From: Promethearchaeota archaeon
GTDB taxonomy: Archaea > Asgardarchaeota > Lokiarchaeia > Sigyniarchaeales > SOKP01
Reading direction: 5' to 3'
Assembly (NCBI GenBank): GCA_048938895.1
Contig: JBHLLU010000001.1
Coordinates: 96,001-160,000, forward strand
DNA: 64,000 bases
The notes below the pieces were generated by a model. It had not been told where the DNA came from, searched no databases, and saw only the letters and a program-made list of their open reading frames with translations. Shown here piece after piece: positions 18,825-29,140 of the stretch. Numbering within the stretch: position 1 is the first letter of the stretch; each line of letters starts with the position of its first letter. The position numbers were made by a program, and so were the translations under genes.

Positions 18825-21677
18825 TCAAAAAATTGTGATTTCTGACATTTCTCTTAATTCCTTGATGTGAGTAGTGAATTCCTCACTAGAACAGAGATTT
18901 GCCAGTTCCTTTTTTGATAATTCAGCAGCATCATATTTTTCTCGAAATTCAAAAGGTGAAAGAATGCCAGAAGTACTCTTTTCCTTTAATTTTTCTACAA
19001 TATTATCTATGTCGTTATCAAAATTATCCAAGTTTTGTAATCTTTCAGATAATGCTGCAGGAAGACTAGAATGTATCTTTTTCAGAGAATTTGAATAGGT
19101 TAAAAGTGTTTTAGAAAAGTTCAGTCTGGATTCTATAATAGCATGAAGATTTTTTGATTCATCCGTTAATTTAAACATGATTTCATAAAACTTAATTTCA
19201 TTTTTATCTCTATTAAGAAACTTCATTAAATTTGTGATTTTTTGAGAAGCATCAAAATCCTTGAAGTTTTCATATTCAGTAATTTTTCTTTCTGTATCTC
19301 TTATATCAAGTTGTAATTGCTCCAATTTTTGGCTGCTAAGATATTTATCTAACTTCATTATCTTCTTTTGGTATTCTTGCTCTTCTAATATTGTTCTCAT
19401 AGTTTCAAATACTCCTGGTAATGGATGATATAAATACTTTAAGAGGAGAATATATAATGCATGTTCAGTATTCGCTACTTTTTTATTAAAAAATTCAAGA
19501 GTATCAACATTTTCACTGATATCAACTAATAGTTTAAAGAATTTTCGAATGATTAACATATTTTGTTGAGCATCAAAAGCAATTTGATACATCTCTTCGA
19601 AATATTTTTTGTAAAATCTGGTAGCTAAATCGAGATTATGAAGAAAATTATTAACTAAAGGTATTAATTCTCCTGTAAAACCGGATTTCTTATACTCTGT
19701 ACCAATATCTTTTAGTCTTTCCTCTTCTCGATATGATATTAACTTAACAATTAAATCTGGAAAATCTTTTGTACTAATGTCATATGTTTTTATGAAATAC
19801 CCTTTTTTACTTAAAACAGGTATGATTGTACTAATTGTCATCGTCCGCTGTTGAATAGCCTTAAGATCCTCTTCTAAAATTCGATTAATATGCTCATCAA
19901 TATTTTTCTTTTTTTCTACATTTGCAATTTTTCTGTCTTTTAGTAATTGGTTTAGTCTAATCCCTCTAATTTGGGCATTTCTACCACCATATATTTCAAT
20001 AAAGATTGTTCCCAAAACTCTAAAAGCGAGAGCTGCTGTTAATTTCTTATCCTTCTCTTCATCCACTAGAATTTGATTTACAAGCATGTTTAGTAATCGA
20101 AACATGAATGTCTTTTCCTTTTCTCTCGGAGTTTCTCTTAGATTTTCTCGGTATTGCTCTACAATTTGATCTTCAGGAAACCTACTTTGCCATAATAGAT
20201 CTAATATTCTCTCACCTTCTGGATTTGGAAGAATTTCTAAAAATCGTGGTATAATCTCTGCAATTGCTTTTGCCCATCTGGAGTGTTCTATTGATAAAGG
20301 AATCTCATTATGAAAATCTGCTAATAAATCATGAATTAATCCTCCTTGCTCAATTACTTTAGGTCCTTCATATCTACCGAGTGTATGAATAAGAATTTCA
20401 TCAAAAGAAGGATTTAAAGATAATGGCATACGTATCTGTATTTTTTCATAGAAAGCTTTAAATAACTCAAATAAGCTTCGGACTCTGTGGTCAGATCGAT
20501 TTATTATGAATTGGTTGATTTCAGCATTATTAAGATCTTTTAGTTCCATTAAAGAATTAGCAAACATGATTGCACCATTAAAAACTAGTTCAATCTTCTC
20601 TGGTTCATGGTAAGAAGCCGTTTCTGAAAATTTGAATAGAAACTTCGCCAGATCTGAACCAAGATATTCTCTATGCTGCTCTGGTATTTGATCAATTGCT
20701 TCTAATAATTCCTCCATAAGCATTTGAATCATATCGTGACCAACTATTAATGAATACTTTTTTTCAGCCCGTTTTAAAAAAGCCTCGACGTCGGTGAATT
20801 GAACACGTTTTTCTTCTTCCCCAAATAAATAAGCGAGAATATCTTCAAAGCTATTGCATGATTCAATTGGATTACCTTGCTTTACGGTATTAATGTACCT
20901 TATAAATAAATCAAGCAGAGTATGTACCGTATTTTTGCTTCTTCTTATGATCTCTTGATTAACTTGTTCTTTAGTCTTTCCATTTAGATTTGAACTTGCT
21001 TCATTAAATACTACCACCTGTTTCAGCTTTTCTTCTGTTAGTTCCATAGACCATCCTTCTATATTCTGTGAAAACTTAAATAAATATTTAGGGATTTCAG
21101 ACTCCAAGTAATCTCGAACATTTTCATCAGTATTTGATAATGATTTAATTATTTCTTCTGAATATTGGTGTGCTCTTTCTTTTCCTATAATTGGTATGAA
21201 ATTTTTTTCAGCTCGCTTTATGAATAATTCAACATCATTTAATTGGATAACCCTAACTTCATCCCCGAAAACATATGTAAGAACATCATCGAAATTTCCT
21301 TGATTTACTATTGTTTTGCCATCCTTAGCCTTTTCTACAACCGAGTTAAGCAAATCAGAAAGATTCCTCATCTTATTATTGCTTCTATTAATTAATAGCT
21401 GATTAACCTGATTTCTGTCTTTATTAATTAGATCTTTTAGTGAATGAGTAAAAATTATAACATGGTTAAGTACAGCTTCAGTCATCCCTGGAGAAACGTC
21501 TTCAATCTCCTGTGAATAATTAAACAAAAATCTTGGAATTTCTGAACCAATTACCCGTCTGAATTTAGCGGGGATTTCATTAGTTGCCCTTTTTACTTGA
21601 TCTAATATAGAGACAGCTTTAGACTCTCCTAACTTCTCTTTAAATGATTTTTCTGCTCTCTTTAGGAAAACTTCCAT
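18825..21677 (-). CDS. Large alpha-helical hypothetical protein with three N-terminal ~148-aa repeats and coiled-coil C-terminus
   Basis: 950-codon ORF, GGGAG RBS before ATG 21677; repeated VExFxKRAEK...PxFLFxFSQ...INRS...FDDxLxYxFG blocks. Confidence 0.85.
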   Translation of the reverse strand: MEVFLKRAEKSFKEKLGESKAVSILDQVKRATNEIPAKFRRVIGSEIPRFLFNYSQEIEDVSPGMTEAVLNHVIIFTHSLKDLINKDRNQVNQLLINRSNNKMRNLSDLLNSVVEKAKDGKTIVNQGNFDDVLTYVFGDEVRVIQLNDVELFIKRAEKNFIPIIGKERAHQYSEEIIKSLSNTDENVRDYLESEIPKYLFKFSQNIEGWSMELTEEKLKQVVVFNEASSNLNGKTKEQVNQEIIRRSKNTVHTLLDLFIRYINTVKQGNPIESCNSFEDILAYLFGEEEKRVQFTDVEAFLKRAEKKYSLIVGHDMIQMLMEELLEAIDQIPEQHREYLGSDLAKFLFKFSETASYHEPEKIELVFNGAIMFANSLMELKDLNNAEINQFIINRSDHRVRSLFELFKAFYEKIQIRMPLSLNPSFDEILIHTLGRYEGPKVIEQGGLIHDLLADFHNEIPLSIEHSRWAKAIAEIIPRFLEILPNPEGERILDLLWQSRFPEDQIVEQYRENLRETPREKEKTFMFRLLNMLVNQILVDEEKDKKLTAALAFRVLGTIFIEIYGGRNAQIRGIRLNQLLKDRKIANVEKKKNIDEHINRILEEDLKAIQQRTMTISTIIPVLSKKGYFIKTYDISTKDFPDLIVKLISYREEERLKDIGTEYKKSGFTGELIPLVNNFLHNLDLATRFYKKYFEEMYQIAFDAQQNMLIIRKFFKLLVDISENVDTLEFFNKKVANTEHALYILLLKYLYHPLPGVFETMRTILEEQEYQKKIMKLDKYLSSQKLEQLQLDIRDTERKITEYENFKDFDASQKITNLMKFLNRDKNEIKFYEIMFKLTDESKNLHAIIESRLNFSKTLLTYSNSLKKIHSSLPAALSERLQNLDNFDNDIDNIVEKLKEKSTSGILSPFEFREKYDAAELSKKELANLCSSEEFTTHIKELREMSEITIF
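20376..21677 (-). repeat. Three tandem ~444-nt (148-aa) intragenic repeats
   Basis: MEVFLKRAEK (aa 3), DVELFIKRAEK (aa 150), DVEAFLKRAEK (aa 298), numbered on the 952-aa track ORF. Confidence 0.85.
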
Positions 21678-21846
21678 TAACAACTCCCGTTTAAAGTTTA
21701 TAACTTGATTATTGCTTAGTTCAATTTAGAAATCAATTCAAATAATCAATTAGTTAAATAAATAACCTAGGTGATAAATTTAAATTTATGTTTTAAGGAG
21801 TATTATGCTTCTAAAAAGAGCAACTTTGAATTTAAATAAAAAAAAA

Positions 21847-23604
21847 CTAATTATCTAGTATCTCAGTCCTTTCTTGTGGTGGTAATTTTCCTCTCAATGC
21901 AACTGGAGGATTCACGCACCAAATATAGTGTCCTTCTTCAATTTTTATTGGATGAGGCGTTTCACTCATACACTCTTTCGTCCTTGCCTCTGAAATACAC
22001 CTAGGATTAAAAGTACAACCGGGAGGTGGTGCAATTGGACTCGGAACTTCACCTTTTATGATATATTTTATTTCTTTATCTGAAGGATCAAGCTCAGTTC
22101 TTGAGGATAATAATGCAATGGTGTAAGGATGAGTTGGGTTGGAGAAAATTTGTTCGGTATTTCCCACTTCAACGAATTTCCCGAGATACATGACTGCAAC
22201 TTTATCAGCAATATGATTCACGACCGCTAAGTTGTGAGTTATAAACAGAAATCCATAATTATATGTTCTCTGTAACCTTTTTAATAAATTAAGAATTTGA
22301 GCTTGAACTGAAACATCTAAAGCAGAGGTTGGTTCGTCTAATATTACTAATTCTGGATTACTTGCAAGGGCTCTAGCAATAATAATTCTTTGCTTTTGAC
22401 CTCCGGAAAATTCATGTGGAAAGCGATCCATATGTTCTCGTTCTAATGAGACTTCATGTAGTAAATTCAAAACACGCCTTCTTATCTCATCTTTCTTTGT
22501 TATACCTAATAAATTTCTTAATGGTTCTGCTATGATATCAACTACTTTCATTCGTGGATTTAATGATGCATCAGGATCCTGATATACAATTTGGATCTTT
22601 TTTCGTAGATATTTTGTATATTCATTAGGTATTGGTTCATCATTAAAAATTATTTCTCCTGCTTCTTTTGGGACCAAGCCTAAAATAGCTTTGGCTACAG
22701 TTGTTTTTCCACAACCACTTTCACCAACCAAACCGAGAGTTTCACCAGTTTTTATATTGAAACTAATACCATTAACTGCTTTAACAGATCCGAACTGTCT
22801 TTTTAGCATACCTCCAATCAATGGATAATAAACTTTAAGATCTTTTATTTGTAGTAATTTTTTATCTTTTTCTAGAACTGTCAATTCTCTGTATCTTTGG
22901 AAAGTTAAATTCATTTGGGCTATATATTTCACAACGGAACTTACTATTAACGTAATTATTAATCCCCATAGTATATAAGTAAAAAAACCTCGAATAAAAG
23001 CTTCCTTTAGCACTTGATACACTTGTCCTAAATAGAAAACTCCAGGAATTAAAGTGAGGATTGTTATAATATTTCTATTTTCAATAAATTGTGCCTTATT
23101 ACCCCAATTTATGAAAAAAGTATTCACACCTAGAATAATAAGGAATGTGAAAAAAAGTGCTACACCCGATGAATACACATCATCGTTCTCAGCGGTTACC
23201 ATGGTTCTCACAATATTAAAGACAATTCTCAGTAAAAAAGCTAAACCATAGAGAATCGCTTGAAATATTGCAATGAATAGTATGGATTCTACGTAGTTTT
23301 TATTCGCCGATTTCCTTACTATATTTGAAGATATCAGGATTGCTCCCGTATTAATTACAACATCAGCAATTATAATTATTACAAATTTATTTCCAATAAA
23401 ATAGAAAAATACAAATTTGAGCCCTAGATTTAATAAGAACCATACCAAATTCACATCAATTGCGAAAGTAACATCCATCTCTTTCTTTTTTACATATGAT
23501 TTTATAAAGGATATGCCATAAAGGAATACTAATAAAGAGATAAGATATGCAATGACTAATTCAGACATAAATGTCCCAATAGTTATATTTGAGGGTAGTT
23601 CCAT
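21847..23604 (-). CDS. dppF: Dipeptide/oligopeptide ABC ATPase (DppF/OppF) with ~240-aa N-terminal multi-pass membrane domain
   Basis: GESGCGKT, YQDPDASLNPR, FSGGQKQR, ILDEP, HPYT, C-terminal Cys cluster; hydrophobic N-terminus. Confidence 0.9.
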   Translation of the reverse strand: MELPSNITIGTFMSELVIAYLISLLVFLYGISFIKSYVKKKEMDVTFAIDVNLVWFLLNLGLKFVFFYFIGNKFVIIIIADVVINTGAILISSNIVRKSANKNYVESILFIAIFQAILYGLAFLLRIVFNIVRTMVTAENDDVYSSGVALFFTFLIILGVNTFFINWGNKAQFIENRNIITILTLIPGVFYLGQVYQVLKEAFIRGFFTYILWGLIITLIVSSVVKYIAQMNLTFQRYRELTVLEKDKKLLQIKDLKVYYPLIGGMLKRQFGSVKAVNGISFNIKTGETLGLVGESGCGKTTVAKAILGLVPKEAGEIIFNDEPIPNEYTKYLRKKIQIVYQDPDASLNPRMKVVDIIAEPLRNLLGITKKDEIRRRVLNLLHEVSLEREHMDRFPHEFSGGQKQRIIIARALASNPELVILDEPTSALDVSVQAQILNLLKRLQRTYNYGFLFITHNLAVVNHIADKVAVMYLGKFVEVGNTEQIFSNPTHPYTIALLSSRTELDPSDKEIKYIIKGEVPSPIAPPPGCTFNPRCISEARTKECMSETPHPIKIEEGHYIWCVNPPVALRGKLPPQERTEILDN

Positions 23605-23671
23605 TTTAAAACCTTTTTTTGTTTTATTTTAAATATATTTATGTTTTATTTTCAGTTAAATAATCTCTAAT

Positions 23672-26600
23672 TTAATTTTCTGCTTTTCTTATTGAGATCT
23701 CTGCAAGGTCCTTGTATTCAGGGTCAAATAGATGACATGCAACAAAATAATCTGGTTCAACCTCAATATTCTTAGGGATCTTCGAATCACATGGTTCAAA
23801 ACAGTATTGGCAACGAGGATGAAATCTACATCCTGAGGGAGGATATATCAAATTTGGTACCATTCCAGGAATTACATCTAACAATTCTCTCTTTTTGCCC
23901 ACAATGGGTACAGAAGCTATGAGACCTCTTGTATAGGGATGATAAGGTGTTCTAAATAATTTATTTATATCACCATATTCAACAATAAAACCGCTGTACA
24001 TTACAGCTACACGGTCACACATTTTTGAAATAATTCCTAAATCGTGAGTGATAAAAAGTATCGAGGTGTTATACTTTTTCTTAAGATCTTTCATCAACTG
24101 TAATATTTGGTTTTGAATTGTTACATCAAGAGCCGTAGTAGGCTCGTCTGCAATTAATAACCTCGGACCACACGCTAGACCCATTGCGATTTGAACTCGC
24201 TGTCGCATACCACCACTTAATTCATGGGGATATCGATCAAAAATGACTCGTGGAGTCGGAATATTTAAATCTTTTAATATTTTTCGACTCCATTTTCTTG
24301 CAATGTCATATATACTTGTATTAGCCTTAACAGCTTCAATCAAAAGCTCATTTTGCATATGAAGTCGATAGACTTCTGCTATCTGATCCCCAATTTTATA
24401 TACAGGATTTAATGAGTTAAGTGGATCTTGAAAAATCATAGTAATTTTGTTCCCACGAAATTTTAAAAATTCTTCCATACTTTTCCGGTGTAAATCTTCC
24501 CCTTCAAAATAGACTTTTCCACTTTCAATTTTGCCTGGGGGACGAACTAATCGAAGAATCGATAATGCGGTTACAGATTTACCACATCCCGTTTCTCCAA
24601 CAAGACCAAGAGTTTCCCCTTTGTATATTTTAAATGAAACTCCTTCTACAGCTCTCACAACACCTTCTTCTGTATAAAAATATGTTATGAGATCTTGGAC
24701 ATCTAAGATGACCTGTCTTTCCTTTTTTGATATATCCTGATATTGATCTTCATAAGTTGTTATGGAAGCACGGAACCTATCACCGATCTTCTCAGAGGAT
24801 TCTGTAGTCATTTTTATTCGTAGTGATCCTAGAAGTGAAACTATATAGATACCAGAAGCAACAATTAAAGGAACTCGGGGATCTGTCAAACTGTAACGAT
24901 ATGATAAGATGAGAGATTGGAATAATCCAAGAAATACAGTAAGAAAAATGGCAAATAAATAGACAACAATATAAGATAAAAGTATGAATTTTACCGATTC
25001 ACTTATTTTTCGTTTATAAATTCTTGAAACAAGAAATATTCCAATGATAATATTAATAGCAGCAATAATAAATTCATTAAATAAAATTGGAATTAATAAA
25101 TCATATTCTGTTGGCCAAACATGATCTACCCAAAATCGCGACAATATATCTGTATACTTGATTCCCACGCCTGAAAAGATGAAAAATGATAAGATTCTTA
25201 ATGGTAAATCTATAATTAACCAGACTAAATTAACTCTAGATGCCTTTTTCTTAACATAGGAAGCATTTTTCATGGCTGCATCCCACATTTTTATTGATGT
25301 AGCATACCACCATATAACTCTTGATCCTGTTATAAACAATGCGATCGAAAAGGTAATTATGAATAATAAGTTTATAAGAACTGTCTCAGTTATGAGGATG
25401 AATAAATATAAAAATATAGCAAAGAAAGGTACAATCCATATTAAAAATGTAAGTAGCCCCCCATAAATTGCAGAATGTTGAAGAATTATTTTCGATACCC
25501 TCGTATTTACAGGATTAATTCTATTCAACAGATATGTAATAGCTAAATCTCCAACAACCATAAAAAAAGCGCTTATACAACCTAGAAAAAGAACTCCTGC
25601 CAATGTATATGATTTATATATATATAAAAATAAACTAAATATCATGGTTTCTACAATCAAACCCCATATCAACCCAGCAATAATTTTATTTGATTGTTTA
25701 TTAAAATTACTTTCTAATAATGAATTTTTTTCGAGGGATTTAGATTTAGTAATTTTCTTAAATAAATATGTATAAAAATGAAGAGAAATTCCCTGTGGAA
25801 AGCGAGGTTCATTTTCTTCACTAATATCACTGAATATCGAGTCCCGATCTTCTAATACTAAGCCTGAATTAGTGCTCGTTTTTGCTTTTTTAATTTCAAA
25901 ATCTAACAATTCTTTAACTTTCCTTGTACTTTCAACGCTAGCTTCAGGCAAAAATTTACATTTCAGTAAATTAAAGAAGACTAGAATATATAAACCGGTA
26001 ACTACAATGATTAAAACTCGTATATCTTGTATAATCAATTGAAATCCAAGCCATTTATTAAGATATATTTCAAATACGACTATCTGTATAAACCATAAAC
26101 CGAATGCTATTATTGCGGCACCGTAACTAGCATTCCTTAGTATTTTTTTCTCTATACGTTTCTCATCTGCTAAAAACCTATTAATTATAGAAGTAAAAAT
26201 GAGGCATACAAAAACTAAACTAATACTCCAAAATGTTCCTAAACCAAAATTGGAAGGGTATTCTGGAAGCTCAGGATCTCGTAAAGGGATTTGAAGAAAT
26301 GCAATCGAAACATATATTGCTGACAAAACCCATGCTGCAATAATTAATAGTTTAATTATTTTCGTAAAACGACCCTTTTGAAGTTCAATCTCATCTGAGG
26401 TCTCTCTTAATCCGAATTTCCTGACAAATGGTTTATGGAGAAAAAGGAATATTGTAAGCATTATCGCAAAGTGCAATGCATCCTTATTCAAAATTTTAAA
26501 TAATACACCAATGGTTTCAAATACCCCAAGCGTTTCAAATAACATTCGAATGCCTAAAGTAATTCCTAAAAGAATTGCACTAGTTGCCAGTGAACTTAAT

Positions 26601-26740
26601 CTATATATTTTTACAATTGAATCATCTTCAAAGACAAATTTGGTAACTATATATAGAATTAATAATATTACCACAAATGAAAACATAGCTTCTATAATTG
26701 CAAATCCATAGTTCGCAACTTGAAATGTTATACCAATAAT
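23672..26740 (-). CDS. dppD: Dipeptide/oligopeptide ABC ATPase (DppD/OppD) with ~670-aa N-terminal multi-pass membrane region; start uncertain
   Basis: GETGCGKS, FQDPLNSLNP, LSGGMRQR, LIADEP, HPYT, GCRFHPRC. Track start 26875 overlaps dppC; likely start is ATT 26740/26737 after GAGGCGTG, or ATG 26686. Confidence 0.88.
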   Translation of the reverse strand: MIGITFQVANYGFAIIEAMFSFVVILLILYIVTKFVFEDDSIVKIYRLSSLATSAILLGITLGIRMLFETLGVFETIGVLFKILNKDALHFAIMLTIFLFLHKPFVRKFGLRETSDEIELQKGRFTKIIKLLIIAAWVLSAIYVSIAFLQIPLRDPELPEYPSNFGLGTFWSISLVFVCLIFTSIINRFLADEKRIEKKILRNASYGAAIIAFGLWFIQIVVFEIYLNKWLGFQLIIQDIRVLIIVVTGLYILVFFNLLKCKFLPEASVESTRKVKELLDFEIKKAKTSTNSGLVLEDRDSIFSDISEENEPRFPQGISLHFYTYLFKKITKSKSLEKNSLLESNFNKQSNKIIAGLIWGLIVETMIFSLFLYIYKSYTLAGVLFLGCISAFFMVVGDLAITYLLNRINPVNTRVSKIILQHSAIYGGLLTFLIWIVPFFAIFLYLFILITETVLINLLFIITFSIALFITGSRVIWWYATSIKMWDAAMKNASYVKKKASRVNLVWLIIDLPLRILSFFIFSGVGIKYTDILSRFWVDHVWPTEYDLLIPILFNEFIIAAINIIIGIFLVSRIYKRKISESVKFILLSYIVVYLFAIFLTVFLGLFQSLILSYRYSLTDPRVPLIVASGIYIVSLLGSLRIKMTTESSEKIGDRFRASITTYEDQYQDISKKERQVILDVQDLITYFYTEEGVVRAVEGVSFKIYKGETLGLVGETGCGKSVTALSILRLVRPPGKIESGKVYFEGEDLHRKSMEEFLKFRGNKITMIFQDPLNSLNPVYKIGDQIAEVYRLHMQNELLIEAVKANTSIYDIARKWSRKILKDLNIPTPRVIFDRYPHELSGGMRQRVQIAMGLACGPRLLIADEPTTALDVTIQNQILQLMKDLKKKYNTSILFITHDLGIISKMCDRVAVMYSGFIVEYGDINKLFRTPYHPYTRGLIASVPIVGKKRELLDVIPGMVPNLIYPPSGCRFHPRCQYCFEPCDSKIPKNIEVEPDYFVACHLFDPEYKDLAEISIRKAEN

Positions 26741-26757
26741 TTTTACACGCCTCTTAA

Positions 26758-27750
26758 TTATATATGTAATCGAGGATCTAATGCATCCCTCAATCCATCT
26801 CCTATTAACATAAACCCAATAGCCGTAATTGCAATAAAAAGACCGGGCCAAAATACTGCACCATAAGCACCCCAATGATTACGTGCATAATTAATATCGG
26901 TACCCCAGTCTGAAAATGAAGCATCCCCTAATCCCAAGAAAGCAATTGATGTAAAACCTAAAATCGCTCCTGCCATAGCTCCGAAAAAACCAATAATAAC
27001 GGGAGATATAGCATTTGGCAACACATGTTTAAACATAACTTTAAATTTCTCGGCTCCACTTGTTACTGCCGCTTCAACATAAACATTTGTTTTTACCTGC
27101 AATACAAGAGCTCTTACCCATCGAGTAGAACCAGGTATACCAAGAACTCCATAAAGGATGAGAATATTATATAAATTATTGCCAATCATAGGAGCTAATA
27201 TAATCACAAGAATTAAGGTAGGAAAGGAGAACCAGAAATCACAAAACCTCATGAGTAATGAATCTATTCTTCCTCCAAAATATGCAGAAATTGTTCCAAG
27301 GGCAAGTCCACCAAGCGTACCTATAATAACCGGAAGAGCAGCAGCCGTCAAAGCTGTTCTCGCACCCCAAATTAATCGTGCTAGAATATCAAATCCATAT
27401 TTTGTCGTACCTAATGGATGGTTTGGTGATGGGTCTTGGAATGGCGTTTCAGGGAGAACATCTCCCCCCGGTGTAATATTATCTAAGGTAAATGGGGTTA
27501 ACCAAGGACAATACATACCTAAAACGGCAATGAATAGAATCAATATTATTCCTGCAATTGTTAAAGGAGTAAGAAGACGTCTAAATAATTTTCTTTTCGA
27601 TTTGATTTTACCGATTTCATATTCGATTTCGTCAAACTCTGGTACTCGCCAGCCAGGTATTAAATAAAACTTTATTAGGTGAGAGAATTTAGTTTTCTGT
27701 TTTAATTGAATTTTATTTTGTTTTATTTGTTCTAGAGAAATTTGTGTCAT
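26758..27750 (-). CDS. dppC: Peptide ABC permease DppC/OppC
   Basis: HPLGTTKYGFDILARLIWGAR, YVEAAVTSGA (EAA loop), KHVLPNA, GDGLRDALDPR. Confidence 0.95.
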   Translation of the reverse strand: MTQISLEQIKQNKIQLKQKTKFSHLIKFYLIPGWRVPEFDEIEYEIGKIKSKRKLFRRLLTPLTIAGIILILFIAVLGMYCPWLTPFTLDNITPGGDVLPETPFQDPSPNHPLGTTKYGFDILARLIWGARTALTAAALPVIIGTLGGLALGTISAYFGGRIDSLLMRFCDFWFSFPTLILVIILAPMIGNNLYNILILYGVLGIPGSTRWVRALVLQVKTNVYVEAAVTSGAEKFKVMFKHVLPNAISPVIIGFFGAMAGAILGFTSIAFLGLGDASFSDWGTDINYARNHWGAYGAVFWPGLFIAITAIGFMLIGDGLRDALDPRLHI

Positions 27751-27765
27751 TTTTATTCACTTTTT

Positions 27766-28836
27766 TTAATATAATATTCTTGGATCTATAATAGTATAGG
27801 CAACATCCGCAATGAGAGTGCCTGAGATTATAATGAGTGTTGAAAAAACTAAGAGACCGTTAATGACCATAAAATCACCAAGTATAATAGAAGTGTACAT
27901 GGTAAACCCAAAACCTGTGTAGTTAAATGTTACCTCTACAAACAGCGACCCGAGTAAAGCTGCTGCAGTCCCCGAGATTACAAGATGACTGGTAGGAAGT
28001 ATAGCATTCCGGAGTGCATGTTTGTTAATGACATCTTTTTCCATAACCCCTTTTGCACGAGCAGTTCTAATATAATCCTGATCTAGTACCCCTAACATAC
28101 TGGATCGAGTTTGTCTTGTAACCCCAGACAAGGATACGAAAATCATACAAAATACAGGAAGAATCAGATGAACAAGTGTATCCCAAAGATAAACCTGGTC
28201 ATTATATAAAATACTATCAATGAGTCTAAATCCCGTACCCGCACCTTCTGCTGGTACAGGAGTAAATAATATGGGATTATTAGGATTTACTACTTCCAAG
28301 AGTACACCTCCATGGGTGAAATCTCTTAGGGTAAGCCCAATAAAAAATTGTAACAATATGGCAAGGTAAAAGATCGGATATCCTGCCCCAAGAATAGCAA
28401 TTCCTCTAATTAGCGTATCCCTCGGTTTATCCTTATATTTTGCAGAGGTCACCCCTAGTTTAATTGCTATAATTGGAACAATAATTATAGAAAAAAGCAT
28501 TAGTTCGATTGTTTTAGGAAAGATTTCTGCGATAAGAGTAATGACGGGAGTTCCCTCATCTACAATAAATGATTCACCCCAATCTCCTTGGAAGAAATTT
28601 TTAAGATATATTCCAAGTTGTATATACCACGGATCATAATAACCAGATCGACGTAGTACTCTTTCATACCTAGCACGGTCACCAATTGCTGTACCCGGAA
28701 TCTTATTTAAAGCAGGATTTACGGCCATCATATGTGATAATATCCAAGTAAATATCAAGACCGCTAATAAAATAGGAAACATAAGTAAAATGCGTTTAAT
28801 CACATACTTGATCATATTTCGAGCCTGACGAGTCAT
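27766..28836 (-). CDS. dppB: Peptide ABC permease DppB/OppB
   Basis: YVIKRIL, GDWGES, HLILP, DYIRTARAKG, KHALRNA, IIDPRI. Confidence 0.95.
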   Translation of the reverse strand: MTRQARNMIKYVIKRILLMFPILLAVLIFTWILSHMMAVNPALNKIPGTAIGDRARYERVLRRSGYYDPWYIQLGIYLKNFFQGDWGESFIVDEGTPVITLIAEIFPKTIELMLFSIIIVPIIAIKLGVTSAKYKDKPRDTLIRGIAILGAGYPIFYLAILLQFFIGLTLRDFTHGGVLLEVVNPNNPILFTPVPAEGAGTGFRLIDSILYNDQVYLWDTLVHLILPVFCMIFVSLSGVTRQTRSSMLGVLDQDYIRTARAKGVMEKDVINKHALRNAILPTSHLVISGTAAALLGSLFVEVTFNYTGFGFTMYTSIILGDFMVINGLLVFSTLIIISGTLIADVAYTIIDPRILY

Positions 28837-29009
28837 TTTCTTCCTCTCCTTTCTTAAAACTCATTAAACAATAAGAATACAATAAATAGGGTTGTTTGAT
28901 GTTTCTTTTTCTTATTGTTGATATAAAATTTATAATTTTTTTCTTATTCTGAATATTGATTGTAAAAAAAATTCACTATATTTAACGATTACCATTTGAT
29001 TAAGGATAT

Positions 29010-29021
29010 TTACGTTCGTAA
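29010..29021. promoter_or_regulatory. Palindromic operator candidate TTAC-N4-GTAA (TTACgttcGTAA) in the divergent dppB/binding-protein promoter
   Basis: Read directly; nearby CGATTAC/GTAATCG inverted pair (28986-28992/29018-29024) and TTTACTT-cgta-AAGTAAA (29074-29091). Confidence 0.6.
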
Positions 29022-29140
29022 TCGAAGTATTTTGAAAACTTTAAATAGTAAATTGTCGTAACCTTATATTATCTTTACTTCGTAAAGTAAATTTTGTAAA
29101 AAAACTAAAAAAAAAGGTAGTTCGATAAGGAGAAAAAAAC

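Noticed and set aside
26758-26875. Track start MGCLWCS... of the 1067-aa ORF
   Set aside because: Overlaps the conserved 3' end of dppC by 118 nt in another frame; not a credible N-terminus.
27158-27667. 169-aa plus-strand ORF and the many other 60-120-aa nested/antisense ORFs in the track
   Set aside because: Lie within well-supported genes, no motifs or RBS; typical shadow ORFs.
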